A DNA stretch of 64,000 nt from positions 1-64,000 of the forward strand of contig JANRJA010000160.1 of assembly GCA_033764315.1 (NCBI GenBank). The letters run 5' to 3'. Under the pieces are notes generated by a model. It did not search any database. It saw nothing but the letters and a program-made list of their open reading frames with translations, and was not told the origin of the DNA. The position numbers and the translations under genes are program-made. This DNA comes from Oculatellaceae cyanobacterium bins.114 (lineage in GTDB: Bacteria; Cyanobacteriota; Cyanobacteriia; Elainellales; Elainellaceae). Positions 21,908-32,122 of this stretch are shown here, one piece after another. How positions within the stretch are numbered: the first letter of the stretch is position 1; each line of letters begins with the position of its first letter.

Positions 21908-22453
21908 CGAGGTGACCGGGGTTGGCTAACGAGAATTAAAGATTTTGAATAGATAGATGGCACAGGCAGAGGAGACGTTTAAGCTGAAACAGAATTTGAG
22001 TAGGGCAAATGAGAGGACTTGAGCAAGCCGCTATCTCAAACCATTCTGCTTTATCCTCTTAGATCCCGGATATATTTAGCTGGAGCATTGGCTACAAGAT
22101 ACCCAAGTAGCTAGATGAAACCGAGCTAATGATGTGCCAGTTTCCTAGACTGTCCTCATCCAAAAGATAGTTTTCGGGTAAGCCGCAACAGTCTTCGGAT
22201 AGATAATCAAAAACTTTCTAGATAATCTAACCTTTATAGATTCTCAGATCCCAGGAGTTATTAACGAAAATTTACGAACTTTTTAAATAGTTATCAAAAT
22301 ATATTGTCACTTCCTTGAAGACAGGTTTTAAGCGTCTCATTTAGTTGCTTAATTGCACTGGTTGAACTCCTTAAAAATCCTATTTAGGGGCAGTCGAAAC
22401 TGTCGAATATGGACTAGGGTAGCTAGGGAAAATGTAGTGCCTTGGGGAAATGG

Positions 22454-23170
22454 ATGACTCAATATAATCGGACTCAACGTCAAAAACCCCGCTTTAGAAG
22501 AGCAATTACATCTAGACATGCTCGTAGGATCATCAAAACCTTGCAACTTGGATTGGGGATCGGTGCTGTCGTTGGTCTGGGTTGGTTGTTGATGGTGATT
22601 ATCACACTGCGATCGGCAGCGGCGGCTCCAGTGGACGCGCTATTGGTGCTGGGTGGCAGTATTAAACGAGAGATTTACGTCGCTGAACTGGCGAAACAGT
22701 ATCCTGATGTTCCAGTTTTGATTTCTAAGGGATCTCAAGATCCTTGCATTCGGCTGATCTTTGAGCGAGCTGCAACTCCGCTAGAGCAGGTCTGGTTAGA
22801 AAAATGTGCTGACTCAACGTTTAGCAATTTTTTCTTTAGCACCCCTATTCTAGAGCGATGGAAAGCGCGTAAGGTAAAATTAATCACATCTGAAAATCAT
22901 CTACCTAGAGCCTTATGGTTGGGGCAAATTTTATTAGGCTCACATGGTATTTGGGTTGAGCCAGATATTGTTGTTGAAGAAGGAATTCCAGGTAATCAAG
23001 AATCGTGGCTTAAAACAACGATCGATATAGGACGTGCCCTAGTCTGGGCTGTGGTAGGTCAGTTCTATCAGCCCCAGTGCGATCGCCTGACCCAATTGAC
23101 AACCGTTGACCTTGACGAGTGGCAACAGCGAGGGTTTGATTGTGAGCATCAGGGTAATCTAGGAGTGTGA
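22454..23170 (+). CDS. YdcF/DUF218 family protein
   Basis: TM then LVLGGSI.RE, LE..A.ST..N, LITSENHLPRA. Start uncertain (TTG 22442 or ATG 22454). Confidence 0.85.
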   Translation: MTQYNRTQRQKPRFRRAITSRHARRIIKTLQLGLGIGAVVGLGWLLMVIITLRSAAAAPVDALLVLGGSIKREIYVAELAKQYPDVPVLISKGSQDPCIRLIFERAATPLEQVWLEKCADSTFSNFFFSTPILERWKARKVKLITSENHLPRALWLGQILLGSHGIWVEPDIVVEEGIPGNQESWLKTTIDIGRALVWAVVGQFYQPQCDRLTQLTTVDLDEWQQRGFDCEHQGNLGV

Positions 23171-23471
23171 AATTTTTCTTAAAAAAGTATTTTTACTAAG
23201 TGAGTGTTGTTTTGACAACAAACCAAATTCACTCTTCTGTCAAGACTAGACCTTAGGGATGTGGTAAGAAATGCTTTACTTAGCTTTACTAAATTTTGTT
23301 ATCTACCCTCCTTATGGCATTCCATTTGATCAATAGAACGGCAAAACACAAACTATATTTCCTCATTAAGTTATTTCCTCACTAAGTTTTAAGACGCTGC
23401 TAGAGCAAGTCTGTGTCACAATGAAAGCGGTTTTGCCAATTCGATTAAGAAAATTGAAGTGGGCGTGAGTC

Positions 23472-25571
23472 ATGGAAGCAGTTTACGAATATGCCTGGCT
23501 AATTCCAGTTTTGCCTTTGATTGGGGCAATGCTAGTCGGCATCGGGTTAGTGTCCTATAGCAAGTCAATCAATCGTCTTCGCAAACCGAGCGCAATTTTT
23601 ATTGTCTCGTTGTTGGGCGCGGCGATGGTCTTTTCCTTTGCGCTGTTGTGGAGTCAAATTCAAGGGCATGAACCGTATAGCCGTATCATTGATTGGGCCG
23701 CGGCTGGAGACTTTCACCTGACGATGGGTTATACCATCGACCATTTAACCGCTCTGATGCTGGTTGTTGTGACCACAGTAGCGTTTCTGGTAATGGTGTA
23801 CACCGATGGCTACATGGCTCATGATCCAGGCTATGTCCGGTTTTATGCCTATCTCAGTTTGTTTAGTTCTTCCATGTTGGGTTTGGTCATTAGCCCCAAC
23901 TTGGTACAGGTCTATATCTTTTGGGAACTGGTTGGCATGTGTTCCTACTTGCTGATTGGGTTCTGGTATGACCGCAAAGCAGCGGCTGATGCGTGTCAAA
24001 AAGCATTTGTCACTAACCGAGTCGGTGACTTTGGTTTGCTGTTAGGAATTTTGGGACTATTTTGGGCGACCGGAAGTTTTGAATTTGAGGTGATTGGCGA
24101 TCGCCTCCAAGAGTTAGTGCAGTCAGGTTCTCTCAGCATTGGGATCGCCTCTCTACTCGCCATTTTGGTCTTTTTGGGTCCAGTTGCGAAGTCGGCTCAG
24201 TTTCCTCTGCATGTCTGGCTTCCCGATGCGATGGAGGGTCCCACTCCGATCTCAGCCCTGATTCACGCAGCAACGATGGTTGCGGCTGGAGTGTTTCTGA
24301 TCGCTCGGATGTTCTCGGTGTTTGAGGGTTTGCCTGGAGCGATGGACGTTATCGCCTACACCGGAGCCTTCACTGCATTTTTAGGGGCGTCGATCGCCAT
24401 TACTCAAAATGATATTAAGAAGGGCTTGGCCTATTCCACCATGTCGCAATTGGGTTACATGGTTATGGGGATGGGCGTCGGTGCTTATGGAGCGGGCTTG
24501 TTTCACCTGATGACCCATGCCTATTTCAAGGCGATGCTGTTTTTGGGATCAGGTTCGGTGATTCATGGCATGGAAGGAGTCGTGGGACATGATCCGGTTC
24601 TGGCTCAAGATATGCGGATGATGGGTGGGTTACGGAAGTACATGCCAATTACCGCGATCACCTTCTTTATTGGGACGTTGGCAATTTCTGGGATTCCTCC
24701 TTTTGCTGGGTTTTGGTCTAAAGATGAGATCTTAGGAGCGACCTACGAAGAAAATCCGGTTTTGTGGGGTGTGGGTTGGCTGACCGCAGGGATTACAGCC
24801 TTCTACATGTTCCGCATGTATTTCACAACGTTTGAAGGGTCTTTCCGGGGTCAGAACGAAACCATTAAGAAGCAGCTCAAGAATGAGCAACTTCAGCGGA
24901 TGGGGCTAGCGTTTGGGCCGGGTGCGATGAATCCCAAAGAGTTAACAGAGCGTCCGGAGGAGATTCATCAAGAAACTCATGATCATGAGGCACATGAGGG
25001 ACACCACAGCGATACACCTCATGAGTCACCGTTCTCAATGACGTTTCCGTTGTTGGTGTTGGCGATTCCATCTTTCTTCATTGGGCTAGTAGGGACGCCG
25101 TTTGCTAACTATTTTGAGGCATTCATTCATCCTGCTGGCGAAGAGGTGCATGGCTTTCCACCGCTAGAGATTCCGGCTGATTTTGAATGGTCAGAGTTCT
25201 TGCTGATGGGCGGTAGCTCTGTTGGCATTGCCCTCATCGGGATTACACTGGCATCCTTCATGTATCTGTATCGCAAGATTGATCCTGGGGCGATCGCCAG
25301 ACGTATCGAGCCACTCTACAAACTCTCTCTCAATAAGTGGTATTTTGACGAAATTTATGATGCTGTGTTTGTTAAAGGCAGCCGTCGTTTAGCCAGACAG
25401 GTCTTAGAAGTCGATGTCCGAATTGTCGATGGTATCGTTAACCTGGCAGGTTTCATCACGCTGGTTACGGGAGAAGGACTAAAATATCTGGAAAATGGAA
25501 GGGTTCAATTCTACGCTCTGATAGTATTTGGAGCGGTTCTGGGTTTAGTTCTCGTCTCTGGCATTACTTGA
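23472..25571 (+). CDS. ndhF: NAD(P)H-quinone oxidoreductase subunit 5 (NdhF1 type)
   Basis: YAWLIPVLP, KAFVTNRVGDFG, WLPDAMEGPTPISALIHAATMV, HAYFKAMLFL. Confidence 0.97.
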   Translation: MEAVYEYAWLIPVLPLIGAMLVGIGLVSYSKSINRLRKPSAIFIVSLLGAAMVFSFALLWSQIQGHEPYSRIIDWAAAGDFHLTMGYTIDHLTALMLVVVTTVAFLVMVYTDGYMAHDPGYVRFYAYLSLFSSSMLGLVISPNLVQVYIFWELVGMCSYLLIGFWYDRKAAADACQKAFVTNRVGDFGLLLGILGLFWATGSFEFEVIGDRLQELVQSGSLSIGIASLLAILVFLGPVAKSAQFPLHVWLPDAMEGPTPISALIHAATMVAAGVFLIARMFSVFEGLPGAMDVIAYTGAFTAFLGASIAITQNDIKKGLAYSTMSQLGYMVMGMGVGAYGAGLFHLMTHAYFKAMLFLGSGSVIHGMEGVVGHDPVLAQDMRMMGGLRKYMPITAITFFIGTLAISGIPPFAGFWSKDEILGATYEENPVLWGVGWLTAGITAFYMFRMYFTTFEGSFRGQNETIKKQLKNEQLQRMGLAFGPGAMNPKELTERPEEIHQETHDHEAHEGHHSDTPHESPFSMTFPLLVLAIPSFFIGLVGTPFANYFEAFIHPAGEEVHGFPPLEIPADFEWSEFLLMGGSSVGIALIGITLASFMYLYRKIDPGAIARRIEPLYKLSLNKWYFDEIYDAVFVKGSRRLARQVLEVDVRIVDGIVNLAGFITLVTGEGLKYLENGRVQFYALIVFGAVLGLVLVSGIT

Positions 25572-25622
25572 TAGTTGACCAGTGAATCACTACAAATTCA
25601 AACTGCTCATAAACGCTGACTA

Positions 25623-27215
25623 ATGGATATTGATAATTTTCCTTGGTTAACAACCGTCATTCTATTTCCGATCGCAGCGTCGCTGTTGATTCCATTCCTG
25701 CCTGACAAAGATGGCAAAACGGTGCGTTGGTATGCGCTGACCGTAGGGTTAATTGATTTTGCTATCTTGGTTTATGCCTTTTATAGCCAATACGATCTAT
25801 CAAATCCAGAGATGCAACTCGTTGAAAGCTATTCCTGGGTTTCAACGTTGGATTTGAAATGGTCAGTTGGGGCAGATGGTTTGTCTATGCCCCTGATCTT
25901 GTTGACCGGGTTTATTTCTACCCTGGCAATTTTGGCGTCCTGGCCTGTCACTCTCAAACCTCGCCTGTTTTATTTTTTAATGCTGGCGATGTATGGCGGT
26001 CAGATCGCAGTTTTTGCCGTTCAAGACATGCTGCTGTTCTTCCTGGTATGGGAGTTAGAACTGATCCCCGTCTATTTGCTGTTGGCCATTTGGGGGGGTA
26101 AAAAACGGCTCTATGCGGCTACAAAATTCATTTTGTACACCGCTGGTGGTTCGCTGTTCATTCTAGTGGCAGCTCTGGCTATGGCTTTCTATGGTGATAC
26201 GGTCACATTTGACATGCGATCGCTGATGGCAAAAGACTTTCCCATTAATTTCCAGTTGCTGGTCTATGGGGGCTTCTTAATTGCCTATGCGGTGAAGCTG
26301 CCGATCTTTCCGCTCCACACCTGGCTGCCCGATGCTCACGGGGAGGCAACCGCACCTGTTCACATGTTGCTGGCAGGCATTCTGCTGAAAATGGGGGGAT
26401 ATGCCCTCATCCGCATGAATGTGGAGATATTGCCGGATGCCCATGCTTTCTTTGCACCTATCTTGGTGATTTTGGGAGTTGTCAATATTATCTATGCGGC
26501 TCTCACCTCCTTTGCACAACGCAATTTGAAGCGTAAGATTGCCTACTCCTCAATCTCTCACATGGGGTTTGTGCTAATTGGGATGGGGTCTTTTACTGAC
26601 TTAGGCTTGAGTGGTGCCATGTTACAAATGGTGTCACACGGTCTCATTGGGGCTAGCCTGTTCTTTTTAGTCGGGGCGACCTACGATCGCACTCATACGT
26701 TGATCTTGGATGAGATGGGTGGAGTCGGCAAAAAAATGCCTCGCATTTTTGCGATGTTCACGACTTGCTCTCTAGCCTCCTTAGCGTTACCAGGAATGAG
26801 TGGCTTTGTCGCAGAGCTGATGGTGTTTGTCGGGTTTGCTACTAGCGATGCCTACACGCTGACCTTTAAAGTGTTGATCGTGATCTTGGCGGCGGTGGGT
26901 GTGATTTTGACACCAATTTATCTGCTTTCAATGTTACGTGAGATCTTTTATGGCCCTGAGAACAAAGAGTTGGTCGAACATGAGGTACTAGTGGATGCCG
27001 AACCTCGCGAGGTGTTTATTATTGCTTGTCTGTTGATTCCAATTATTGGCATCGGTTTCTATCCCAAGCTGTTGACTCAGGTGTATGACTCTAAAACCTC
27101 TCAATTAACGGCTCGGATGCAGCAGTCAGTGACCAGTTTAGAAGAGCGAAAATCTGCTGAAACGGCTGTTTTAATGCAACCGTTGCAGGCACCTGCCCTT
27201 ACCAACTCTGTCTAA
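25623..27215 (+). CDS. ndhD: NAD(P)H-quinone oxidoreductase subunit 4 (NdhD1 type)
   Basis: [38 protein letters not shown]; directly follows ndhF. Confidence 0.97.
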   Translation: MDIDNFPWLTTVILFPIAASLLIPFLPDKDGKTVRWYALTVGLIDFAILVYAFYSQYDLSNPEMQLVESYSWVSTLDLKWSVGADGLSMPLILLTGFISTLAILASWPVTLKPRLFYFLMLAMYGGQIAVFAVQDMLLFFLVWELELIPVYLLLAIWGGKKRLYAATKFILYTAGGSLFILVAALAMAFYGDTVTFDMRSLMAKDFPINFQLLVYGGFLIAYAVKLPIFPLHTWLPDAHGEATAPVHMLLAGILLKMGGYALIRMNVEILPDAHAFFAPILVILGVVNIIYAALTSFAQRNLKRKIAYSSISHMGFVLIGMGSFTDLGLSGAMLQMVSHGLIGASLFFLVGATYDRTHTLILDEMGGVGKKMPRIFAMFTTCSLASLALPGMSGFVAELMVFVGFATSDAYTLTFKVLIVILAAVGVILTPIYLLSMLREIFYGPENKELVEHEVLVDAEPREVFIIACLLIPIIGIGFYPKLLTQVYDSKTSQLTARMQQSVTSLEERKSAETAVLMQPLQAPALTNSV

Positions 27216-27888
27216 ACCGCTCAAACTCGGCTACCCGTGCTTGCCATTGGTGCCATTGTTGAATGAGGTCTTCTGGTTCAAACCAGAAGACCTCTGCTGT
27301 TTGGTCGGGAATTGCTACGATTAACAGAGCATGGCGCAGTTTGATCCCCTGCTCTGCATAAGAATGATTGACGGCACCACAATAAGCCGCCAATTGCAAC
27401 GGGCCATCATAGAGTCGCTCAACTGACCCCTTAGGAGCATCAGCCGTTTTCCAATCACAGATGCAGGGAACTCCTCGATAACTCGCCACACAATCGACCT
27501 TTCCGGCATAGCCCAAATCGTAGTGAAAAACCGCATTTTCGACTAACCGAACCTCACCAATGTTGGCTAGCACAGGTTCTACACTTTCCCAGTAAGGTTT
27601 AACTGTGTCTGGGCAAGGAGATGCTTCGCCCAATAAATAGTGCTTGATGTATTTGTGGGTTTGGGTGCCGCGTCTGCTAGCACGGCTTGTTACCTGACCT
27701 GCCACCTCAGTCCCCAAGCGATCGCGCCATCGTGCCAGGGCTTCTCGTGCTTCTAGGGGTTTAGTGGCATTCAAAATAGTCGATACACTGGGCAAGCGCA
27801 CCCCACGAGCATCAACAAAATAGCTTTGTCCACCCTGTCGCACTGATTTAGCAGAGTAGCTAGGTAAGAGCTGAGGTTTTGGCAGCAT
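27199..27888 (-). CDS. PD-(D/E)XK nuclease family protein (RecB/MGME1-like exonuclease)
   Basis: [14 protein letters not shown]....GYAGKVD, DWKT, QLAAY. Confidence 0.85.
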   Translation of the reverse strand: MLPKPQLLPSYSAKSVRQGGQSYFVDARGVRLPSVSTILNATKPLEAREALARWRDRLGTEVAGQVTSRASRRGTQTHKYIKHYLLGEASPCPDTVKPYWESVEPVLANIGEVRLVENAVFHYDLGYAGKVDCVASYRGVPCICDWKTADAPKGSVERLYDGPLQLAAYCGAVNHSYAEQGIKLRHALLIVAIPDQTAEVFWFEPEDLIQQWHQWQARVAEFERFRQSW

Positions 27889-28009
27889 ACGAGAAGGTGA
27901 AAGAGTGAGAGGGTAAGAGGATGAAAGGGTGAGTTTTCATGAACTCATCAACCTGTTTACTCCACTATCTTGTCATCTCACCACCCTGTTCCTTTGTGCT
28001 CTTTTATTT

Positions 28010-28858
28010 TTAATCCTTTTTGCCAGCAAAGACCTTTGTGGCTGGACCTGTCATATACAAATGTTGATCGACAGCTGACCACTCGATCTGGAGGCATCCG
28101 CCAGGAAGCTCAACGGTAGCAGCGCGATCGCACTTGTCATTTAAGACGCCCGCTACCAAAGAGGCACAGGCTCCGGTTCCACAGGCCAGGGTGATTCCCG
28201 CCCCTCGTTCCCACACGCGCATCTTCAAGTAATCGCGGCGCACCACTTGAATGAATTCTGTATTGGTACGTTTAGGAAACACAGGATGGTGTTCAAACTG
28301 CGGTCCAAGACTCTCCAGAGAGAATGCTTCTACATCTTCTACAAACGTGATGCAATGCGGATTGCCCATACTGACACACGTGACCTGCCAAGATTGCCCT
28401 GCTACTTCGAGAAGTTGATCGATGACTTGCTCATGAGGGGCAGTGAGCGTTGTGGGAATTTCTGCTGCCAGTAAACGGGGCAACCCCATATCAACAGTGA
28501 TTTGTCCGTCGTTTTCTAACTTAGGGGTGATTAGCCCTGCCAACGTATGAATCCGATAAGCCGGACGAGCAGATCCGGTTTCTGCCTGTTCTAAATCAGC
28601 AATAAACTTAGCCAGACAGCGAATGCCATTGCCACACATCTCTGGCTCAGAGCCATCAGAGTTGAAAATTCGCATAGTGTAATCGGTCTCACCCTGCCCC
28701 GGTAGGGCAAAAATTACCCCATCTGCCCCAATCCCAAAGTGGCGATCGCACCATTCTATTGCTTGCTCTGGAGTGATGCAAGGTTCAGTCTGGTGGCGAT
28801 TGTCCACCAAAATAAAATCGTTGCCTAAGCCATGATATTTAGTAAAGTCAATTGCCAT
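28010..28858 (-). CDS. dapF: Diaminopimelate epimerase
   Basis: [41 protein letters not shown]. Confidence 0.97.
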   Translation of the reverse strand: MAIDFTKYHGLGNDFILVDNRHQTEPCITPEQAIEWCDRHFGIGADGVIFALPGQGETDYTMRIFNSDGSEPEMCGNGIRCLAKFIADLEQAETGSARPAYRIHTLAGLITPKLENDGQITVDMGLPRLLAAEIPTTLTAPHEQVIDQLLEVAGQSWQVTCVSMGNPHCITFVEDVEAFSLESLGPQFEHHPVFPKRTNTEFIQVVRRDYLKMRVWERGAGITLACGTGACASLVAGVLNDKCDRAATVELPGGCLQIEWSAVDQHLYMTGPATKVFAGKKD

Positions 28859-28991
28859 TGGAGTGGTTTTGAAATGGGGTGATTTGAAATAAGTTGAATG
28901 ACCAGGTGCAAGATCGCAGGAGGCTCCTTACTCTAGTGAAAACCTCTTGCCTACAGGAGCGAGGTGCCCACACTACAAACGATTGCTAAAT

Positions 28992-30554
28992 TTAATCTTC
29001 ATCGTTTGACTTCTCCTGGAAACCGCGCACAATTCTCGATAGTTCACTCTTTTCATCCACCGCAATGCGGCTGGGTGAACCCGTAATCACACGCTCAAAG
29101 TTGCGGAAAGAATCTCTGATTTCCGGTCCACGATCACTGATGGTGTATTCACGAATCCCCTTATCATGCCAAGAACCTCTCATTTTAAAGACGTTGAGAG
29201 CACGAGACATCTCCCCACGAATCTCGACATATTGCAGCATCAAGATCGTGTCAGTAATAGTAGAGATATGAGAATCAGTGATGGAATGTGACCCCATAAA
29301 CTGGTCTGTTGTGTTAGTAAAGAACCCTGTAATTTCTTCCTGTTTGGCATACCCTGTCACCCCAATAACAAACTGCCGAAAAGCATTGTTGCTTACTCCT
29401 CGTGCCAACGCCGAGAGTGAGTCAATGGCAATCCGAGACGGCTTAAATTCGGCAATTTCAGATTTAATGATTTGCAGGTGATCTTCCAGCCCAGCCGATT
29501 CAGGATAGGCACAAATAATCTTTAACAATCCTTTTTGCTCTAGATCTTCAAAGTCAATACCCCACGAATAAGCATTACGAGACAACTGCGCTCGCGATTC
29601 TTCATAAGCAAAAAGGATCGCTCGTTCGCCAACCTTGCAGGCATCTTGCAAAAACATGCTGACTAATAGGGTTTTACCCGTACCCGTTGCACCCGTCGCC
29701 AAAATAATAGAGTCTTTGAAAAAACCACCTCCACACATCTCGTCGAGGGTTTTGACCCCAGAAGAGACACGAGTATTGGACGATCGCTGAGTTAGACGCA
29801 TGGCCCCAAGCGGGAAAATATTAATACCTTGATTAGTAATGGTGAAGGGATACTCCCCTTTCATATGGGTTGTGCCGCGCAATTTTAAGATTTCAATGGT
29901 TCGCCGTCGGCGTTCCCCTTCCAATACATTTCGCACAATCACCACATTGTCAGAGACAAATTCTTCGACTCCAAACCGAGCAACCGGACCGTATTCCTCA
30001 ATCCGCTCAGTCGTCATGACAGTTGTTGCACCCACCTGTTTGAGTCGTGCCACGAGACGAAAGATCTCACGCCGCACGACTGAAGCGGCATCATATTGTT
30101 GAAATACAGCGGTTACAGAATCAATCGAAACTCGTCGAGCTTTATATTTGCGAATGGCATATTGAATCCGCTCAATTAAAGCGGACAGGTCAAAGTTGCC
30201 GACAACCTCCTGTCCTTCTGGGTCAGGGGAGGCATCTAGAATGAATAACTTCCCTTCCTCAATCAGTTTTTGCAAATCCCACCCAAAGCTGTGGGAGTTT
30301 TTGATGATATCGGCGGGCGACTCTTCAAACGTGACAAATACTCCTGGCTCGTCAAACTGAAGAATCCCATTGTAGAGAAATTGAACGGCAAAGAGAGTTT
30401 TGCCCGTACCTGAGGTGCCACTGACTAGCGTTGTTCTACCAACTGGCAACCCTCCGTTACTAATATCGTCAAACCCCTCAATCATCGTGCGGATCTTATA
30501 GACGCCTGCACTGGATGATTCGTTTTTTTGCCCAATTGGGTTGGTCTGCGTCAT
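28992..30554 (-). CDS. kaiC: Circadian clock protein KaiC
   Basis: Two RecA-like domains (GTSGTGKT, GATGTGKT), EE catalytic pairs, phosphorylation-site segment DSHISTIT. Confidence 0.99.
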   Translation of the reverse strand: MTQTNPIGQKNESSSAGVYKIRTMIEGFDDISNGGLPVGRTTLVSGTSGTGKTLFAVQFLYNGILQFDEPGVFVTFEESPADIIKNSHSFGWDLQKLIEEGKLFILDASPDPEGQEVVGNFDLSALIERIQYAIRKYKARRVSIDSVTAVFQQYDAASVVRREIFRLVARLKQVGATTVMTTERIEEYGPVARFGVEEFVSDNVVIVRNVLEGERRRRTIEILKLRGTTHMKGEYPFTITNQGINIFPLGAMRLTQRSSNTRVSSGVKTLDEMCGGGFFKDSIILATGATGTGKTLLVSMFLQDACKVGERAILFAYEESRAQLSRNAYSWGIDFEDLEQKGLLKIICAYPESAGLEDHLQIIKSEIAEFKPSRIAIDSLSALARGVSNNAFRQFVIGVTGYAKQEEITGFFTNTTDQFMGSHSITDSHISTITDTILMLQYVEIRGEMSRALNVFKMRGSWHDKGIREYTISDRGPEIRDSFRNFERVITGSPSRIAVDEKSELSRIVRGFQEKSNDED

Positions 30555-30625
30555 AAACTTGCTGTAACTTTGATTAAAAGGAGAAATATTTTTACATCAA
30601 CAGCCACTGATTCATAAAGCAATGG

Positions 30626-30940
30626 TTAAATCTCTGGCTCATCCTCTCGCAATTCATCATACAAAAGGTCTAAACCAATCAAAACTTTTTCTCGATCGGA
30701 TAGGTCTCCAATAATTTTGCGCACAGGGGGAGGCAATATTTTAGCCAATGTTGGGGTTGCCAAAATCTTATCTTCTTCAGCAAGTTGTGGATTTTTTAAG
30801 ACATCAATCACTTTTAGGGCGTATACCCCCTGAAATTCTTTTTCAAGAATGTTGTTGAGTGTTTTGAGAGCACGCACTGAATTTGGCGTATTCCCTGCGA
30901 CGTAAAGCTTAAGGATGTAGGTCTTTTTTAGAGAGCTCAT
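30626..30940 (-). CDS. kaiB: Circadian clock protein KaiB
   Basis: [16 protein letters not shown]...[23 protein letters not shown]. Confidence 0.99.
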   Translation of the reverse strand: MSSLKKTYILKLYVAGNTPNSVRALKTLNNILEKEFQGVYALKVIDVLKNPQLAEEDKILATPTLAKILPPPVRKIIGDLSDREKVLIGLDLLYDELREDEPEI

Positions 30941-31008
30941 GAGTAATATTCAGTATTTCTTTAAAACTAGATCGATATAGCTAAGAGATTGAAATTGCTC
31001 ATATCAGC

Positions 31009-31947
31009 TTAAGACTCTCTCGGAATCGAGCGACGGTACATTTCACAAAGATGAGCCAGGGTGTCAATTAGGGTAAGACGATAATCTAACAAAATTTCTT
31101 CGCTGCGCCCCTCTAGCTTTAATTGCTGAGAAAATTCATCCATCAAATTCATGTGAATTTCTACAATTTGAGCCACTGGAACATCAGCAAAAAACGCTAG
31201 ATTCACAAAACTATCAATACTTTGGTTTAAATCGTCATCATTGGCGAAGTAATGCAGAATAATGTGGCGGTAATCAGCTCCAAGTTGTGCCAAAAGTTCC
31301 TGCCGCTCTAACTCATTCATGTGACGCAGAAAATGGGCTGGATTGCGCTTGTAATAAACTCCCAAGTAGCCTAATCGCTCTTTTAGCTTTTCGGCGAGAC
31401 GTTGTTGCTGTTTCATCAATGAACGTTGGACATTAAGAGCAGAAATGATTCCAGGAATGGTTTCACAACTCAGGGAAACTGTACCTGAAAGGTTAAGAAA
31501 GTTAGCGATCGCCTCCTCAACAAAGTCACCCACATGGCTCAAGTTAGTGCCGTCAACTTGTAATACAGCCGTGTGATATAGAGTCGCCTGGGGCGATCGC
31601 TCTGCAACAGCGGCAATATTATCTGTCGATGGAGTCAGCGGAGAGGCTTCTGGGGATTGGGTGTTGAGCACCAGTGTTGGAATGAGAATGGATTGGGCTT
31701 GAAGGGTGTGAAACAGGTTAGATAAGGCTGAAACCCCTTCAACAATCAAGCAATCAACAGAGGCATGCCTCTGTTGAAGAAACTGAAGAAAATCGCTTTC
31801 TTGCTGAAACTGAGTAAGCACAAAGCGATCGTCGCCTTCTGCCGATGAGTAGGTTTGCAATTGCTCTGCTAAAGCCTGGGCCAAAGCGTCAGATTGCAAG
31901 AGCGCACAAAGAGCAATTTTAGAGTGTGATTTTTGAGGAGAGGCCAT
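31009..31947 (-). CDS. kaiA: Circadian clock protein KaiA, full length with N-terminal pseudo-receiver
   Basis: LKERLGYLGVYYKR, EGRSEEILLDYRLTLIDTLAHLCEMYRRSIPR; N-terminal DCLIV region. Confidence 0.97.
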   Translation of the reverse strand: MASPQKSHSKIALCALLQSDALAQALAEQLQTYSSAEGDDRFVLTQFQQESDFLQFLQQRHASVDCLIVEGVSALSNLFHTLQAQSILIPTLVLNTQSPEASPLTPSTDNIAAVAERSPQATLYHTAVLQVDGTNLSHVGDFVEEAIANFLNLSGTVSLSCETIPGIISALNVQRSLMKQQQRLAEKLKERLGYLGVYYKRNPAHFLRHMNELERQELLAQLGADYRHIILHYFANDDDLNQSIDSFVNLAFFADVPVAQIVEIHMNLMDEFSQQLKLEGRSEEILLDYRLTLIDTLAHLCEMYRRSIPRES

Positions 31948-32122
31948 AGGGCCAAGTAATAATTTATTTAGAAATGTAACCAGCCATTAGAATATTTAAC
32001 AATCATTGTAGAGGTAAATGCCTTTGCTATCTTGTTAGGCAGTCATAATTGAGTCAGCCTCTTTTTTGAAGGGCACTCTATGAAAGTAGAGTTTAGAGTG
32101 GGGAGACTGACTCCTTGGGGCA

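Noticed and set aside
27889..28000. Purine-rich then pyrimidine-rich stretch as an ncRNA
   Set aside because: Better explained as degenerate 8-bp-period repeats and their complements, a simple intergenic repeat.
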